Virus record (IMG/VR): IMGVR_UViG_3300003324_000363
Coordinates: 17,571 to 81,570 of that record
DNA: 64,000 nt
Direction: 5' to 3' (one strand)
Source: a virus
Taxonomy: Duplodnaviria; Heunggongvirae; Uroviricota; Caudoviricetes
The notes under the pieces: generated by a model
What the model saw: the letters and a program-made list of their open reading frames with translations, nothing else
The model's database searches: none
Told to the model about the DNA's origin: nothing
Shown: one piece after another, positions 42,692 through 51,646 of the stretch
Position numbering within the stretch: the first letter of the stretch is position 1
Layout of the letters: the number at the start of each line of letters is the position of its first letter
Program-made: the position numbers and the translations under genes

Positions 42692-44766
42692 CCTTCCTCA
42701 CCTTCATAAGTGCCCCAATACATGAAATCGCCATCTTTTTTGTACTTTGCAAGAACTGATCTGGCATCTTCTTCTGTCCACCCATGATTTTCCATCAATC
42801 TTTGTCTTAGTTCTTTAGGAGTTGCAAAATATTCAGTACGTAATGTTCCGTCTTTTAGTGACTTGAATGCTGATCGTAAAATGTCTTCAGTAGATTGCTT
42901 TATCTTTACTTCTCTGGTTGGCATATCGCCATTGGCTATTGCTGGGTCTAGCTTTTGAGTTAGTGGGTCAAATGCTGTTATACGCATTGATGTGTCTAGC
43001 AGTTTTACAGCAACATCAACATCGACCATTTCAACTTCTGGCTTTTGTAAGTATCTAGCATGAGCTAATGCAAATCTAACTGCACTGTTGATGTATCTCG
43101 GAGTAATCAAGCCTTTCAGGTCTTCAACTTGCCTTTTCTTTTGATAGTATTCAACAATGCGTTGATAGATTTCAGGTGTTAGTTTTGGAATTGGCACATG
43201 TTTTGCTACATACATGATGTACTTTTTCATGGTTTTGAAGCCAAATCTTTCTTGTGTGTCATTCATGTATTCTTGCCAGTATTTGTCACTAAAGTTTTCA
43301 AGTACTCTTCGAGCCACCAATGCGTCAGTTTCTGGATTTGGTCTATCTAGTACAACAAAGATAGAGTCAAATCTTGTTATGAAACTAGGTGGCATGAATT
43401 TCAAATTCTTTTGTATGTCTTTTTGCTCATCCCAATATGGGAATACACTGTTGCAGGCAAATAGCCATGCACAATCTGATGGCAGTGTACCTTTCTCTGT
43501 TCCTCTTGCATATGAACAGGTTTTGTTTGACCCTATTTCATGCAGTCTTTGAAATATTTCTGGTGTGCTTTTATCAAACTCATCGCCAGCACTTATGCCT
43601 CTGTGACAGCTTGGGAAAAAACCGGGTGTTATCATAAATTGATTTGTATCTTTGTCTTTACTTGCTATAACTGTCAAACCTGATGGCGTACTTGTTGCAA
43701 ATGATGTGTAGGCTGAATTTGGTGCATATGATGCTGTTCTTAACAGCAAAGCTGTCTTGCCTGTTCCCGGTGTTCCTGCCAAAAGCAGGTTTATGCTAGT
43801 TGCATCAGAATGTGATGGGCTTTTGTTTAATGATTCTGAAAGCAAGTTTATGCTTGCACATTGTAAGATTAATGCTTCTTTTACATCTTCCATGCCAATT
43901 ACTTCTGGAGCAAATGATTTGACAGACTTCTCCCAAAAGTCAGGTTCTTTCGACATGCCGTTGCTGAATTTAGCTACATCGTCTGGTGTTAATTCATACT
44001 CTTCATTTTCATTTCCTGTATCTTCGATGTTGTTAGCCCATAGAACGTATGATGGTTGCTGCTTTTCTGTTGTTGGCATTTCAATTGTAAGATAGCCAAA
44101 TATGTCAATGCTTCTACCTGCATTTATTATTCTGTCACACAGGTCTTTGCCTTTTACCCATACTTTCAAATTCATTGGAGCTGTTGATGCTTTTACTGGC
44201 ATCAAAATTATTGTTCTGGTGTCTTCAACTTCCTGTTCAATTATTGCTGGGAACTTGTCTTTGCAGTTTATGCATTCTTTTGCAGGTCTAGCTTGCTCAA
44301 CATGTGATTGTGAAACTGTTATGCCGTCAAACCCACAGCCCATGCAGTGGTATGTCATTTTTCTTATCCATGGTGTGTTGCTTGTTATGGCACCTACTCT
44401 GCCATTTATTGTAACTAGCTTGCCGTTGTAAAACCCACCAATGTCTTTTAGCCCAATTCTACTGCCTGATATGTTGTGGAATCTTACTATTGGCTCGATA
44501 GCTGAATTGCCATAAATTTCGATTAGAATTAGTCTTACTGCATCAGTGAATGCTTTGTGTGCCAATGGAAAATTGTTTATGATCAAATTCAGTATTTTCT
44601 TGCCATTTTCACTTTCCATTAGATGTTTTCCATCAACAAACACAGTTCTGCTTTCTTGTGTCAGTCCTGATATTATATCTGAGTATATTTTGAAGGTATC
44701 TAGCTCATAACTATCAAGCCATTGCCTGATAGTTTCTACTGTCTTTCCTATTGTTGCTGTTGACAT
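42676..44766 (-). CDS. mcm: MCM replicative helicase
   Basis: N-terminal C4 zinc finger CMGCGFD...CINCKD. P-loop LLAGTPGTGKT. MCM Walker-B DEFDKS. MCM arginine-finger motif TRFDSIFVVLD. Confidence 0.85.
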   Translation of the reverse strand: MSTATIGKTVETIRQWLDSYELDTFKIYSDIISGLTQESRTVFVDGKHLMESENGKKILNLIINNFPLAHKAFTDAVRLILIEIYGNSAIEPIVRFHNISGSRIGLKDIGGFYNGKLVTINGRVGAITSNTPWIRKMTYHCMGCGFDGITVSQSHVEQARPAKECINCKDKFPAIIEQEVEDTRTIILMPVKASTAPMNLKVWVKGKDLCDRIINAGRSIDIFGYLTIEMPTTEKQQPSYVLWANNIEDTGNENEEYELTPDDVAKFSNGMSKEPDFWEKSVKSFAPEVIGMEDVKEALILQCASINLLSESLNKSPSHSDATSINLLLAGTPGTGKTALLLRTASYAPNSAYTSFATSTPSGLTVIASKDKDTNQFMITPGFFPSCHRGISAGDEFDKSTPEIFQRLHEIGSNKTCSYARGTEKGTLPSDCAWLFACNSVFPYWDEQKDIQKNLKFMPPSFITRFDSIFVVLDRPNPETDALVARRVLENFSDKYWQEYMNDTQERFGFKTMKKYIMYVAKHVPIPKLTPEIYQRIVEYYQKKRQVEDLKGLITPRYINSAVRFALAHARYLQKPEVEMVDVDVAVKLLDTSMRITAFDPLTQKLDPAIANGDMPTREVKIKQSTEDILRSAFKSLKDGTLRTEYFATPKELRQRLMENHGWTEEDARSVLAKYKKDGDFMYWGTYEGEEGWKLA

Positions 44767-45146
44767 TATTCATCCCTGTTTATGTCGGCTATCTGCTCGA
44801 CTGTAAATGATACATCAAAGGCATTCTCCATAAAACCTATGAATAATCCAAACTCCCATTCTTTGTTGCATTTGAAACAGAGTGCTTGGTATTTTGAATA
44901 ATTAAACTCAGTGTTAATTTCATGCGTTATGTCTGGAAGTAAATTTTGTTTTGGGTCACAGGTTGTGAATCTGCTGCCACATTCCGGGCAGTATAGAATA
45001 TCATGCACTTTTAGGGTGAATAGGTGATATGATGGTCTTTCCTCGCCTGTGTACCTAGAAATTGTTGTATCTAGTTTAGTTTTTACTTTTGATTTTATTG
45101 TGCTCAAAGCTTCGTATTGTTTTTGATTTTTTGCCATTTCTATCAC
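44766..45146 (-). CDS. Zinc-ribbon protein, 126 aa
   Basis: CPECGSRF...CFKCNKEW. Confidence 0.45.
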   Translation of the reverse strand: MIEMAKNQKQYEALSTIKSKVKTKLDTTISRYTGEERPSYHLFTLKVHDILYCPECGSRFTTCDPKQNLLPDITHEINTEFNYSKYQALCFKCNKEWEFGLFIGFMENAFDVSFTVEQIADINRDE

Positions 45147-45508
45147 TCTTCATTATGCTCTAGCCTTTCTTCCCAATTTGCAATCTCACGTGCGTGGCTT
45201 CTTATACATACTTGAAGCTCTGCCATTTCTTTTTTTGAAACTAACCCTGTTCGGCACATCCACAAGTATGGTCTTGGTGGCTCATTTATTCTCGGCCATA
45301 CCTTGCCATTCTCTGCTCCATTCATTTGAGCATCCCAATACATCATTGCCACACAAATCTCATTTGAAACATTCCTTCCCTCATTCTTCCATCTATTTTT
45401 GATTTCTAAAATTGTTTTTGCGTAGCTTGGTTTCAAGCTGAATGATATTATGTTGCTTGGTAATCTTTTTGCTTCTTCAATCGTTTCTGTTTCAGACATC
45501 CCAATCAT
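45143..45508 (-). CDS. Hypothetical protein, 121 aa
   Basis: ORF. Confidence 0.45.
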   Translation of the reverse strand: MIGMSETETIEEAKRLPSNIISFSLKPSYAKTILEIKNRWKNEGRNVSNEICVAMMYWDAQMNGAENGKVWPRINEPPRPYLWMCRTGLVSKKEMAELQVCIRSHAREIANWEERLEHNEE

Positions 45509-46001
45509 TACACAAACTATAAACCGGTATTATAAAAATCTACTTTAAGATTTTATATAAAATATCTTATATAGAATTTTTTATATAAAATTCTTTTTCA
45601 TTTTACATTACATTACATTACATTACAAGTACATAGTATAAGTACAGCTAGTAAGTAGTAGAAGTAGTAGTAGAAATGATGGTAGTGTTGTACTTGGAAA
45701 CTGAAATTAAATGTTTATAATTATTAATTAAATGTTAAATAAATAAATCAGAATTGAACGTAAAACAGGTGTTTTAAATTTATTAAACTTTTAATTGTAG
45801 TTTTCAAATTTTCTTTCCAACCCATTTTTTCAAAAGCTCAACAGGAAAACTTAGGCAATTAACGTATTAGAAATCACCGGTAGCAGTGACATGATAGGCA
45901 ATCGTTTTCTGCCACCGGTGATTGATGAGTCACGAAGGGTTGGGTCTATACAGAGGATGTCAGCGTGATAGTAGAAAATACGTTGTCATATAAAAATATA
46001 T
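45509..46001. other. ~490-bp AT-rich non-coding region. Candidate replication origin and/or structured non-coding RNA.
   Basis: No ORF of 60 aa or more on either strand. It contains (ACATT)4 at 45605-45624, an AGT-rich tract at about 45654-45675, and a 10-bp perfect inverted repeat AATCACCGGT / ACCGGTGATT (45872-45881 and 45914-45923) nested inside CCAACCC / GGGTTGG pairing (~45823-45829 and ~45934-45940). It lies next to the replication genes. Confidence 0.45.
45605..45624. repeat. Pentanucleotide microsatellite (ACATT)x4
   Basis: Seen directly. Confidence 0.8.
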
Positions 46002-46265
46002 TTACTTAAGATTGCCTCTACAATATTGGATTACGGTTATAGTATCTAGAACACAGCCATAACAGTAATCGCCATTCAAAGAAATTGGAGCATGGTTGAA
46101 TTTAGGATCGCCAGCCATGCCTACAAATTGAAATACAAAATCAAAATCACGTTTGTCTATTCCTTCTCTATTTAGCATATCTTCCAAGCTTTCTGAAAAA
46201 ATAACAGGATTGCCGTCCTCTTCTGTTCTGTAAATATGATGGACGGCACGTATGTCGTCACTCAC
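46002..46265 (-). CDS. Hypothetical protein, 87 aa
   Basis: ORF. Confidence 0.45.
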   Translation of the reverse strand: MSDDIRAVHHIYRTEEDGNPVIFSESLEDMLNREGIDKRDFDFVFQFVGMAGDPKFNHAPISLNGDYCYGCVLDTITVIQYCRGNLK

Positions 46266-46747
46266 TGCCCAAATTCTACCTTCTTTCTCTTCACCAGCTT
46301 GTAAACTACAACTACAGTATTCTCTACTGCATTGAAGTAGTACTCACGGAAGTGCTCGCCGGTACTTGTTCCTGCTGGCTTCCATCCTTGTTCTAGAAGT
46401 TCCTTAACATTTGGCGATGAATAGCTTGCTCCACCATTCAAGATAGAAATGGTTTCAACAATTGTCTTTTCATCTTCTAGCACATAGAATGCTTTATTGT
46501 AGCCACTTTTGAATCCACCTTGTTCCCCAGAAGCTTGCTGTGTTTTTTGTTCTCCTTTATGTTGATGTACAGTGCCATCAGGATTTACAACTCGGTATCC
46601 TTTTGGTTGGCTTACATCATTGATAAAGCCCATCAGCTCGTTTGGGAATCCTCTTTCTTGGCAGATACGGCATTCTTTTGTTGTCTTTGGTTTTGTGAGA
46701 TTGGATTGTCCAGCCGTCCCACTCTGCTGGTTCAATGTCTGTGACAT
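46262..46747 (-). CDS. Hypothetical protein, 161 aa, with an N-terminal CRICQERG zinc knuckle
   Basis: ORF. Confidence 0.5.
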   Translation of the reverse strand: MSQTLNQQSGTAGQSNLTKPKTTKECRICQERGFPNELMGFINDVSQPKGYRVVNPDGTVHQHKGEQKTQQASGEQGGFKSGYNKAFYVLEDEKTIVETISILNGGASYSSPNVKELLEQGWKPAGTSTGEHFREYYFNAVENTVVVVYKLVKRKKVEFGQ

Positions 46748-47061
46748 TGGTGCTGTATGGTTAGAGGTTCTTAATATACCCTGTTGTTGTCTCTCTTAAC
46801 ATGTATTCAATTGCAATTATTGGGAACGCCAACAATACACAAATTCCAAGTGCCAATGATATTATATTGCTTTTTCTATATTTCAATGCCATGGCATCAA
46901 ATCTATCAAGAGTTGGTGTGCTTGTTATCATCACTTCTCTAAATCTTTGTCAATTTGATGACCTATTTGCTCACAAACTTCAAAAATAGTGCCTTCAAAT
47001 GTTTTATTGGCTTTAATCATGTGAACACGTATAAAATCAGCCAAAGATAATCACAAAAAAG

Positions 47062-47400
47062 TTAGGCTGTTTGAGCAGCCTGAAACAGCCCACCTTTTAT
47101 CAGATACTTTTTAGCAATTGAACCTATGCTTTCACCTGTATTTTCATGTATGGCTCGTATTGCATTAGCACATTCTATTGGTATTGCAATTACCGGTGAG
47201 CCACGTGCTTTTTCACTATTTGCAGTTGTTATTCTTTTGTTAGTACGTGGTTTGCTCCATCTTGCAGAATGACAACTTGGACAAGTGCTAGGAGATTTCT
47301 TCCAGCCTTTCCACGTATAACCACAACGTTTGCATGTGTTAGTAATGGTGTATTTTTCTTCACGCCATGCTAAACGTGAATTGTCGGTAGTTTCTGACAC
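47062..47400 (-). CDS. Zinc-ribbon protein, 112 aa
   Basis: CKRCGY...CPSCHS. The C-terminal third is helical and basic. Confidence 0.5.
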   Translation of the reverse strand: MSETTDNSRLAWREEKYTITNTCKRCGYTWKGWKKSPSTCPSCHSARWSKPRTNKRITTANSEKARGSPVIAIPIECANAIRAIHENTGESIGSIAKKYLIKGGLFQAAQTA

Positions 47401-47614
47401 TATTTAACCTGACAGATAAAGCTTAACACAGCTATAAATATATTTGTTGAATGTGCAAAAAATAGAGTTTTCACACTGTTTTTAATTCCCAGCTACAATG
47501 TGAAGGAGAGCTGATCGGTACGGCACGTGATCGCACCAAGTAAAACAACGATGGGATATTTATGTATATTTAATAAAGTTGGGAGAGCAGGTTAGTATAA
47601 AGTTCCTGCTTTGT

Positions 47615-47890
47615 TTATTCGTGAGCTTTGGAAACTACGGCAGTTGCTCCTGCACCTGCCAACGCCATGGTGATAAACAATGCCACATTCCCACCTGCTG
47701 ATTGTGGGTCAAGTGACAGGAAATTTATCACAGCAAGTGCTGGGATTATAGATGCAGTGAGGCCACCAAACAACTTTTTGAAACTGAATTTCTCAGTATC
47801 TGGTGCCTGTAGCCAAGCTCGTATGCTGTTAAGTCCTGCACCGGTTAGTGCACCACCAACAGCCAAAAGAGCAATCGAATCTGCTACCAT
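47615..47890 (-). CDS. Small integral membrane protein, 91 aa, with 2-3 transmembrane helices. A holin-like role is possible but unproven.
   Basis: Ala/Gly-rich hydrophobic segments. It sits at the distal end of the tail module. Its GC content is noticeably higher than the window average. Confidence 0.45.
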   Translation of the reverse strand: MVADSIALLAVGGALTGAGLNSIRAWLQAPDTEKFSFKKLFGGLTASIIPALAVINFLSLDPQSAGGNVALFITMALAGAGATAVVSKAHE

Positions 47891-47925
47891 CGTAAAAGCC
47901 GGTATATGTTTTTGATACTAAGGAA

Positions 47926-48351
47926 CTATCCTTTGTCTATTTTCTTGTTTATAATATCAAATTGCTTCACATCATCATCTGCATGTGCCTTTACAGTACT
48001 TTCAAGTTTGGTAATTTCTTCACCAACATTTTCCAGCTTCAGCAACACGGTTTCAAAAAATGGTGTTCTACTGGCTAAGGAATTCAATATTTCTTTAATA
48101 TCTAAAGCTGATCTGTCGATGTTTTCTTTGTAGGTTTTCAATACAGCAACATCAGCAGACATCTGTTGTACTTTATCAACAATAGGTTCTGTTGTTTCAA
48201 GATGTTCATTGAGTTTAGTTTCTAATCTATCAATACATTGGAGCTTTATGCTAACTCTTATGACAAAAGCAATCATGATGCCGCCAATAGTTATTATTGT
48301 GCCAAGAATGGCAAGAAGCAAGTTTGGGTCTATTTCAAAGGATGCTGACAT
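47926..48351 (-). CDS. Membrane-anchored coiled-coil protein, 141 aa
   Basis: N-terminal transmembrane helix LLAILGTIITIGGIMIAFVI, then a heptad-rich stretch. Confidence 0.45.
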   Translation of the reverse strand: MSASFEIDPNLLLAILGTIITIGGIMIAFVIRVSIKLQCIDRLETKLNEHLETTEPIVDKVQQMSADVAVLKTYKENIDRSALDIKEILNSLASRTPFFETVLLKLENVGEEITKLESTVKAHADDDVKQFDIINKKIDKG

Positions 48352-48425
48352 AGGATGACACTCCTTATCTTTTGAAGCTTATTATTAGAAATACTTTATA
48401 CCAATATTTGGGAACTCACGATATG

Positions 48426-49223
48426 TTAAACATTTTTGTATATCTGTGTGCCGTCCAGTCTAACTGTAGAAGATACTGCGTTCAAACTGCCATCAGTACC
48501 ATGTTGGTTATAAAATCCAATGTCACAATCACTATTGGCTGCAATCATTGAGGCATCTAAAAATCCATCCCCATTTAACTTTGCAAAACCATTTCCATCC
48601 TGCTTATCATACTCAACCCTTATAGTTAATCCAGCACCTGATTCTATCCAAGTAACCCTATATTTCCACCAAGCTCCTCCCGTTGCTGGCTCACTGGAAG
48701 TACCTACGGTCAATGCTTGTAGAGTTGTGGTAACAGTGTCACCTACATCCCTTTTTGACAATAAAAATCTATGAGTGGCCCCAGAAGCTTCACGTTCTAA
48801 TGTAAGAGCATATCCCACCCATGTATTTGTGCTTCCAGTTAGCCCGGAATTCGTTGATGCCGGAGGTCTAGCATTAAGCCGAAAATAGAACCCATGTACT
48901 AAGTTAGTTGTTGTTGTCTTGTACCAAGTCTCCATCTTACCTGTTTTGAAACCTAAAATATTCCTTCCATTTATCGTTCCAGCAGTTGGGAACCATTTTA
49001 TAACATCAGTGGTGCCACTAGCCACTTCTAAGCATGGTGATGACTGACCTGAAGGGTTGTCTACTTGTTGGGATATGCTCCCACCATGAGTGTTATAGAA
49101 AAAAGTCCAATCAGCAAGTGTCATTAATCCCAGTCCTCTTCTGAAGCTAAAGAGAATGTTGGGTCTGGAGAATTGCCCCAGCCTTCTTCTGTAACAAACT
49201 CTGTGCCAAATATCAATTCCCAT
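48426..49223 (-). CDS. Fiber/receptor-binding family protein. This is the body of a split gene, in a different frame from its N-terminal anchor ORF.
   Basis: Shares the G..G.METW/EVW/EMW beta-sandwich motif family with 49348..50082, 50079..50993, 50999..51646 and 58070..59104. Confidence 0.5.
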   Translation of the reverse strand: MGIDIWHRVCYRRRLGQFSRPNILFSFRRGLGLMTLADWTFFYNTHGGSISQQVDNPSGQSSPCLEVASGTTDVIKWFPTAGTINGRNILGFKTGKMETWYKTTTTNLVHGFYFRLNARPPASTNSGLTGSTNTWVGYALTLEREASGATHRFLLSKRDVGDTVTTTLQALTVGTSSEPATGGAWWKYRVTWIESGAGLTIRVEYDKQDGNGFAKLNGDGFLDASMIAANSDCDIGFYNQHGTDGSLNAVSSTVRLDGTQIYKNV

Positions 49224-49351
49224 CCTTCCTGTGCAACTCCAGTAAATAAGGGATTATCGTTAGAAACAATGCCGCCTACTGTTCTAAACGGCCAGTACTC
49301 TGGGTCTTTGAATCTTTGTGTTGTATTTATATTACGTTTATCTTTTATCAT
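49124..49351 (-). CDS. Conserved N-terminal anchor module of the fiber family (MIKDKRNINTTQRFKDPEYWPFR...). It ends at a stop and overlaps the body ORF by 100 nt.
   Basis: Near-identical N-terminus to 50079..50993 and to the TTG-initiated ORF at 51647-51823. Confidence 0.45.
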   Translation of the reverse strand: MIKDKRNINTTQRFKDPEYWPFRTVGGIVSNDNPLFTGVAQEGWELIFGTEFVTEEGWGNSPDPTFSLASEEDWD

Positions 49352-50082
49352 AGTGGTGGATCGGGAACAGTAGTCATCTTGATATTGTCAAAATATGCAT
49401 ATCTGTCGAGACTGTTATCAAAAGAGCCGCCACTATCACCAAACATGAAGAGTTGCTCAGGATTATCTTGCACAGGAACAGCCGGCACCCATTTATTGTT
49501 ATAGATTTCTGTAGTACCAAAAAGAGGGTCGCCTATCAAGTTGAACCATCCGGTATCAACACTTGAACCGATGCCTCTGCCCCAGCATTTCATTTCAAAT
49601 TTATTAGCAGTTCTGTCAGTCCATCTGAATTGAATCCTGAATCCACACCATTGGTTTGTTACAAAATTGTCAGGCAAAGGCGTGTCTGCAAATCCTCCAC
49701 TGCCGGGAGTATTGGGATAAACTGACGTAAGACTAATTCTATGGTTCAACAAATCCCAGTTGATAGCATAATATTGAGTAGAACTAACGATAGGGTATCG
49801 TTTCAAATATACATATGGGCCATTTGTTACAAATCCAGCATTTCCTTGCTTTGTCAAATCCCACATTTCAAACACGCCATCTGTTATGCCTTTTACATTT
49901 GCACCATTTACAGTTCCAAAAGCAGGATAGAATAGTCTTTTTGTAGAAAAACCACCACCAATTGTCCATGGTAGTGAGCCGACTGTCAATGCTGGAGTAA
50001 TGGTGTTATCTTCAACTACTATTGTTGGTGTATTTTGAGGCACTACATTGTCGTCATATATACGCCAGTCGAGCCACGTCAT
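49348..50082 (-). CDS. Fiber/receptor-binding family protein with no anchor module
   Basis: Paralog of the other fiber bodies (GITDGVFEMWDL). Confidence 0.55.
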   Translation of the reverse strand: MTWLDWRIYDDNVVPQNTPTIVVEDNTITPALTVGSLPWTIGGGFSTKRLFYPAFGTVNGANVKGITDGVFEMWDLTKQGNAGFVTNGPYVYLKRYPIVSSTQYYAINWDLLNHRISLTSVYPNTPGSGGFADTPLPDNFVTNQWCGFRIQFRWTDRTANKFEMKCWGRGIGSSVDTGWFNLIGDPLFGTTEIYNNKWVPAVPVQDNPEQLFMFGDSGGSFDNSLDRYAYFDNIKMTTVPDPPL

Positions 50083-50993
50083 GGTACTAAGTAACTCACC
50101 TGTGTGTGTTTTGTGAATTTTACAGAATCTAACAGAACAAAGTGGCTGCCAGCTTGGCCATGGGTAAATGAAAAAATAATTCTACATGTTGGTGCATCTT
50201 GTGCAAGTACATATCCTCCTGATTGTACGGGATATACACCCGGCACCAAATCGTCAATGTCGGCAAACCATGCATTCTTTGAATGTCTAGCAGCATTAAA
50301 ACCTACATTACCATTTTTCAGTAACACACCATCAAGTTCGTAAGTAGTAAAGAACAAGTTGAAAAATTTTGGATGTGCTATTGAGTACCAGTTTATTTTA
50401 TGATGATGCCATGTATTTGCCGTATGTGTCATTGTTGTAGCTCCTAGATTGGCAGTTGCATTTCCTCCACTGTCCAATCTGTCAAGCCTAAATTGGCTAC
50501 CACTCTGAAGATAACGATAACTTGTATCTGCTGGAGATGTGCTTCTTGTCACCAAGCTAAACTTTGGTTTTAATCCAGTAGAGCTCACAGATACATCTGA
50601 ATACATATAGAAATCCAACTCACCAGAGTATATGCCTTGCAAGTTGCCAGTAGTTCCGTTGATCGTTTCTGCATAGAATATTGGATTTTGTGAGCTTGTG
50701 AACAATACTTTTTTCACAGTTCCATGAGGCGCACCACCACTTGGGTCAGTTACATAGCTATAAGTTCCAGTGCCACCGTCAACCCATGAAGCTGATGCTC
50801 CACCTTCAAATGTGTCAGTTCCAATTACTGTTGAAGCACTTGCAGTTGGCAAAATATAATCCCATGTTTCAAGAAAATATGTTTGATACTGACGATAGTT
50901 AGAAACAACTTCACCTGAAAGTGTTCTAAACGGCCAATATTCTGGCTTTTTAAATCTTGAAAATGAGTTAATTTCACGTTTGTCTTTAATCAT
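50079..50993 (-). CDS. Fiber/receptor-binding family protein, full-length (anchor plus body in one frame)
   Basis: The N-terminal MIKDKREINSFSRFKKPEYWPFR anchor is fused to the body. Confidence 0.6.
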   Translation of the reverse strand: MIKDKREINSFSRFKKPEYWPFRTLSGEVVSNYRQYQTYFLETWDYILPTASASTVIGTDTFEGGASASWVDGGTGTYSYVTDPSGGAPHGTVKKVLFTSSQNPIFYAETINGTTGNLQGIYSGELDFYMYSDVSVSSTGLKPKFSLVTRSTSPADTSYRYLQSGSQFRLDRLDSGGNATANLGATTMTHTANTWHHHKINWYSIAHPKFFNLFFTTYELDGVLLKNGNVGFNAARHSKNAWFADIDDLVPGVYPVQSGGYVLAQDAPTCRIIFSFTHGQAGSHFVLLDSVKFTKHTQVSYLVP

Positions 50994-50998
50994 TTATC

Positions 50999-51646
50999 TC
51001 ACGTTTTTGTAAACAATCTAAATCCATCAAATTTCACATATGTTGCATTTGTAGTGCCATTTACGAGATAGCCTAGCCCAGCTTCTGTATTAACATCATC
51101 ACTGTTAGGATTTGTATCTGCAAAATCATTGAATGCAAACTGCCAGCCATTCCCATCAGCTAAATTGTAAAGCACTCTAATGTAGAGGCTATTGCTTGGG
51201 CTGCTTTTCCACCAATACGCACGTAATCCTCGCCATACATTTGGGTCTGTAAATCCAGTTATTGTTCCTGATGTAACAAGTGTGTTTGGGGAACTGTTAG
51301 TTCCTCTTACGACTCTTATTGCAGATGTACTGGCAGCATAAACATGATATGCGTTAGAATTGCTCCATGAAACAGTAGGATTAGCTCTAAATGTTAGTTG
51401 CCAATTAACAGTACTTAGAGTAGAAGTGCTTCTTATTCCCCATACTTCCATGCTGCCTTCTGTAAACCCCTTTGTGGTTTTTCCTTCAACAGTGCCATTT
51501 GTTGGATAAAACCCTTGCATATCAGTCAACGCACTTGTATGCCAGATTTTTACAACTGGGGAAGCTTCACCAACAGGCGGGGTTGTTGTTGTATCACTTT
51601 CAATTACTGCAAAATTATTACTTACACTCCATTCATTTTGTGCCAT
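50999..51646 (-). CDS. Fiber/receptor-binding family protein body (MAQNEW...GFTEGSMEVWGI)
   Basis: Paralog. It is preceded by a separate anchor ORF in another frame. Confidence 0.55.
   Translation of the reverse strand: MAQNEWSVSNNFAVIESDTTTTPPVGEASPVVKIWHTSALTDMQGFYPTNGTVEGKTTKGFTEGSMEVWGIRSTSTLSTVNWQLTFRANPTVSWSNSNAYHVYAASTSAIRVVRGTNSSPNTLVTSGTITGFTDPNVWRGLRAYWWKSSPSNSLYIRVLYNLADGNGWQFAFNDFADTNPNSDDVNTEAGLGYLVNGTTNATYVKFDGFRLFTKT

Noticed and set aside
45605-45675. Short tandem repeats (ACATT)4 and an (AGT)n-rich tract, considered as a possible CRISPR array
   Set aside because: The units are 5 and 3 nt with no unique spacers, so these are microsatellites. No CRISPR array is present in the window.
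47063-47092. Hairpin GGCTGTTT-N-AAACAGCC near 47062, considered as a terminator
   Set aside because: It lies inside the last 10 codons of 47062..47400 (...GGLFQAAQTA*), not downstream of the stop. The palindrome arises from the codons themselves.
47615-47890. Confident holin annotation
   Set aside because: A small 2-3 transmembrane protein at the operon end is suggestive. However, archaeal virus egress does not generally use bacterial holin-endolysin logic and no endolysin-like gene is adjacent. I kept it as a generic membrane protein.
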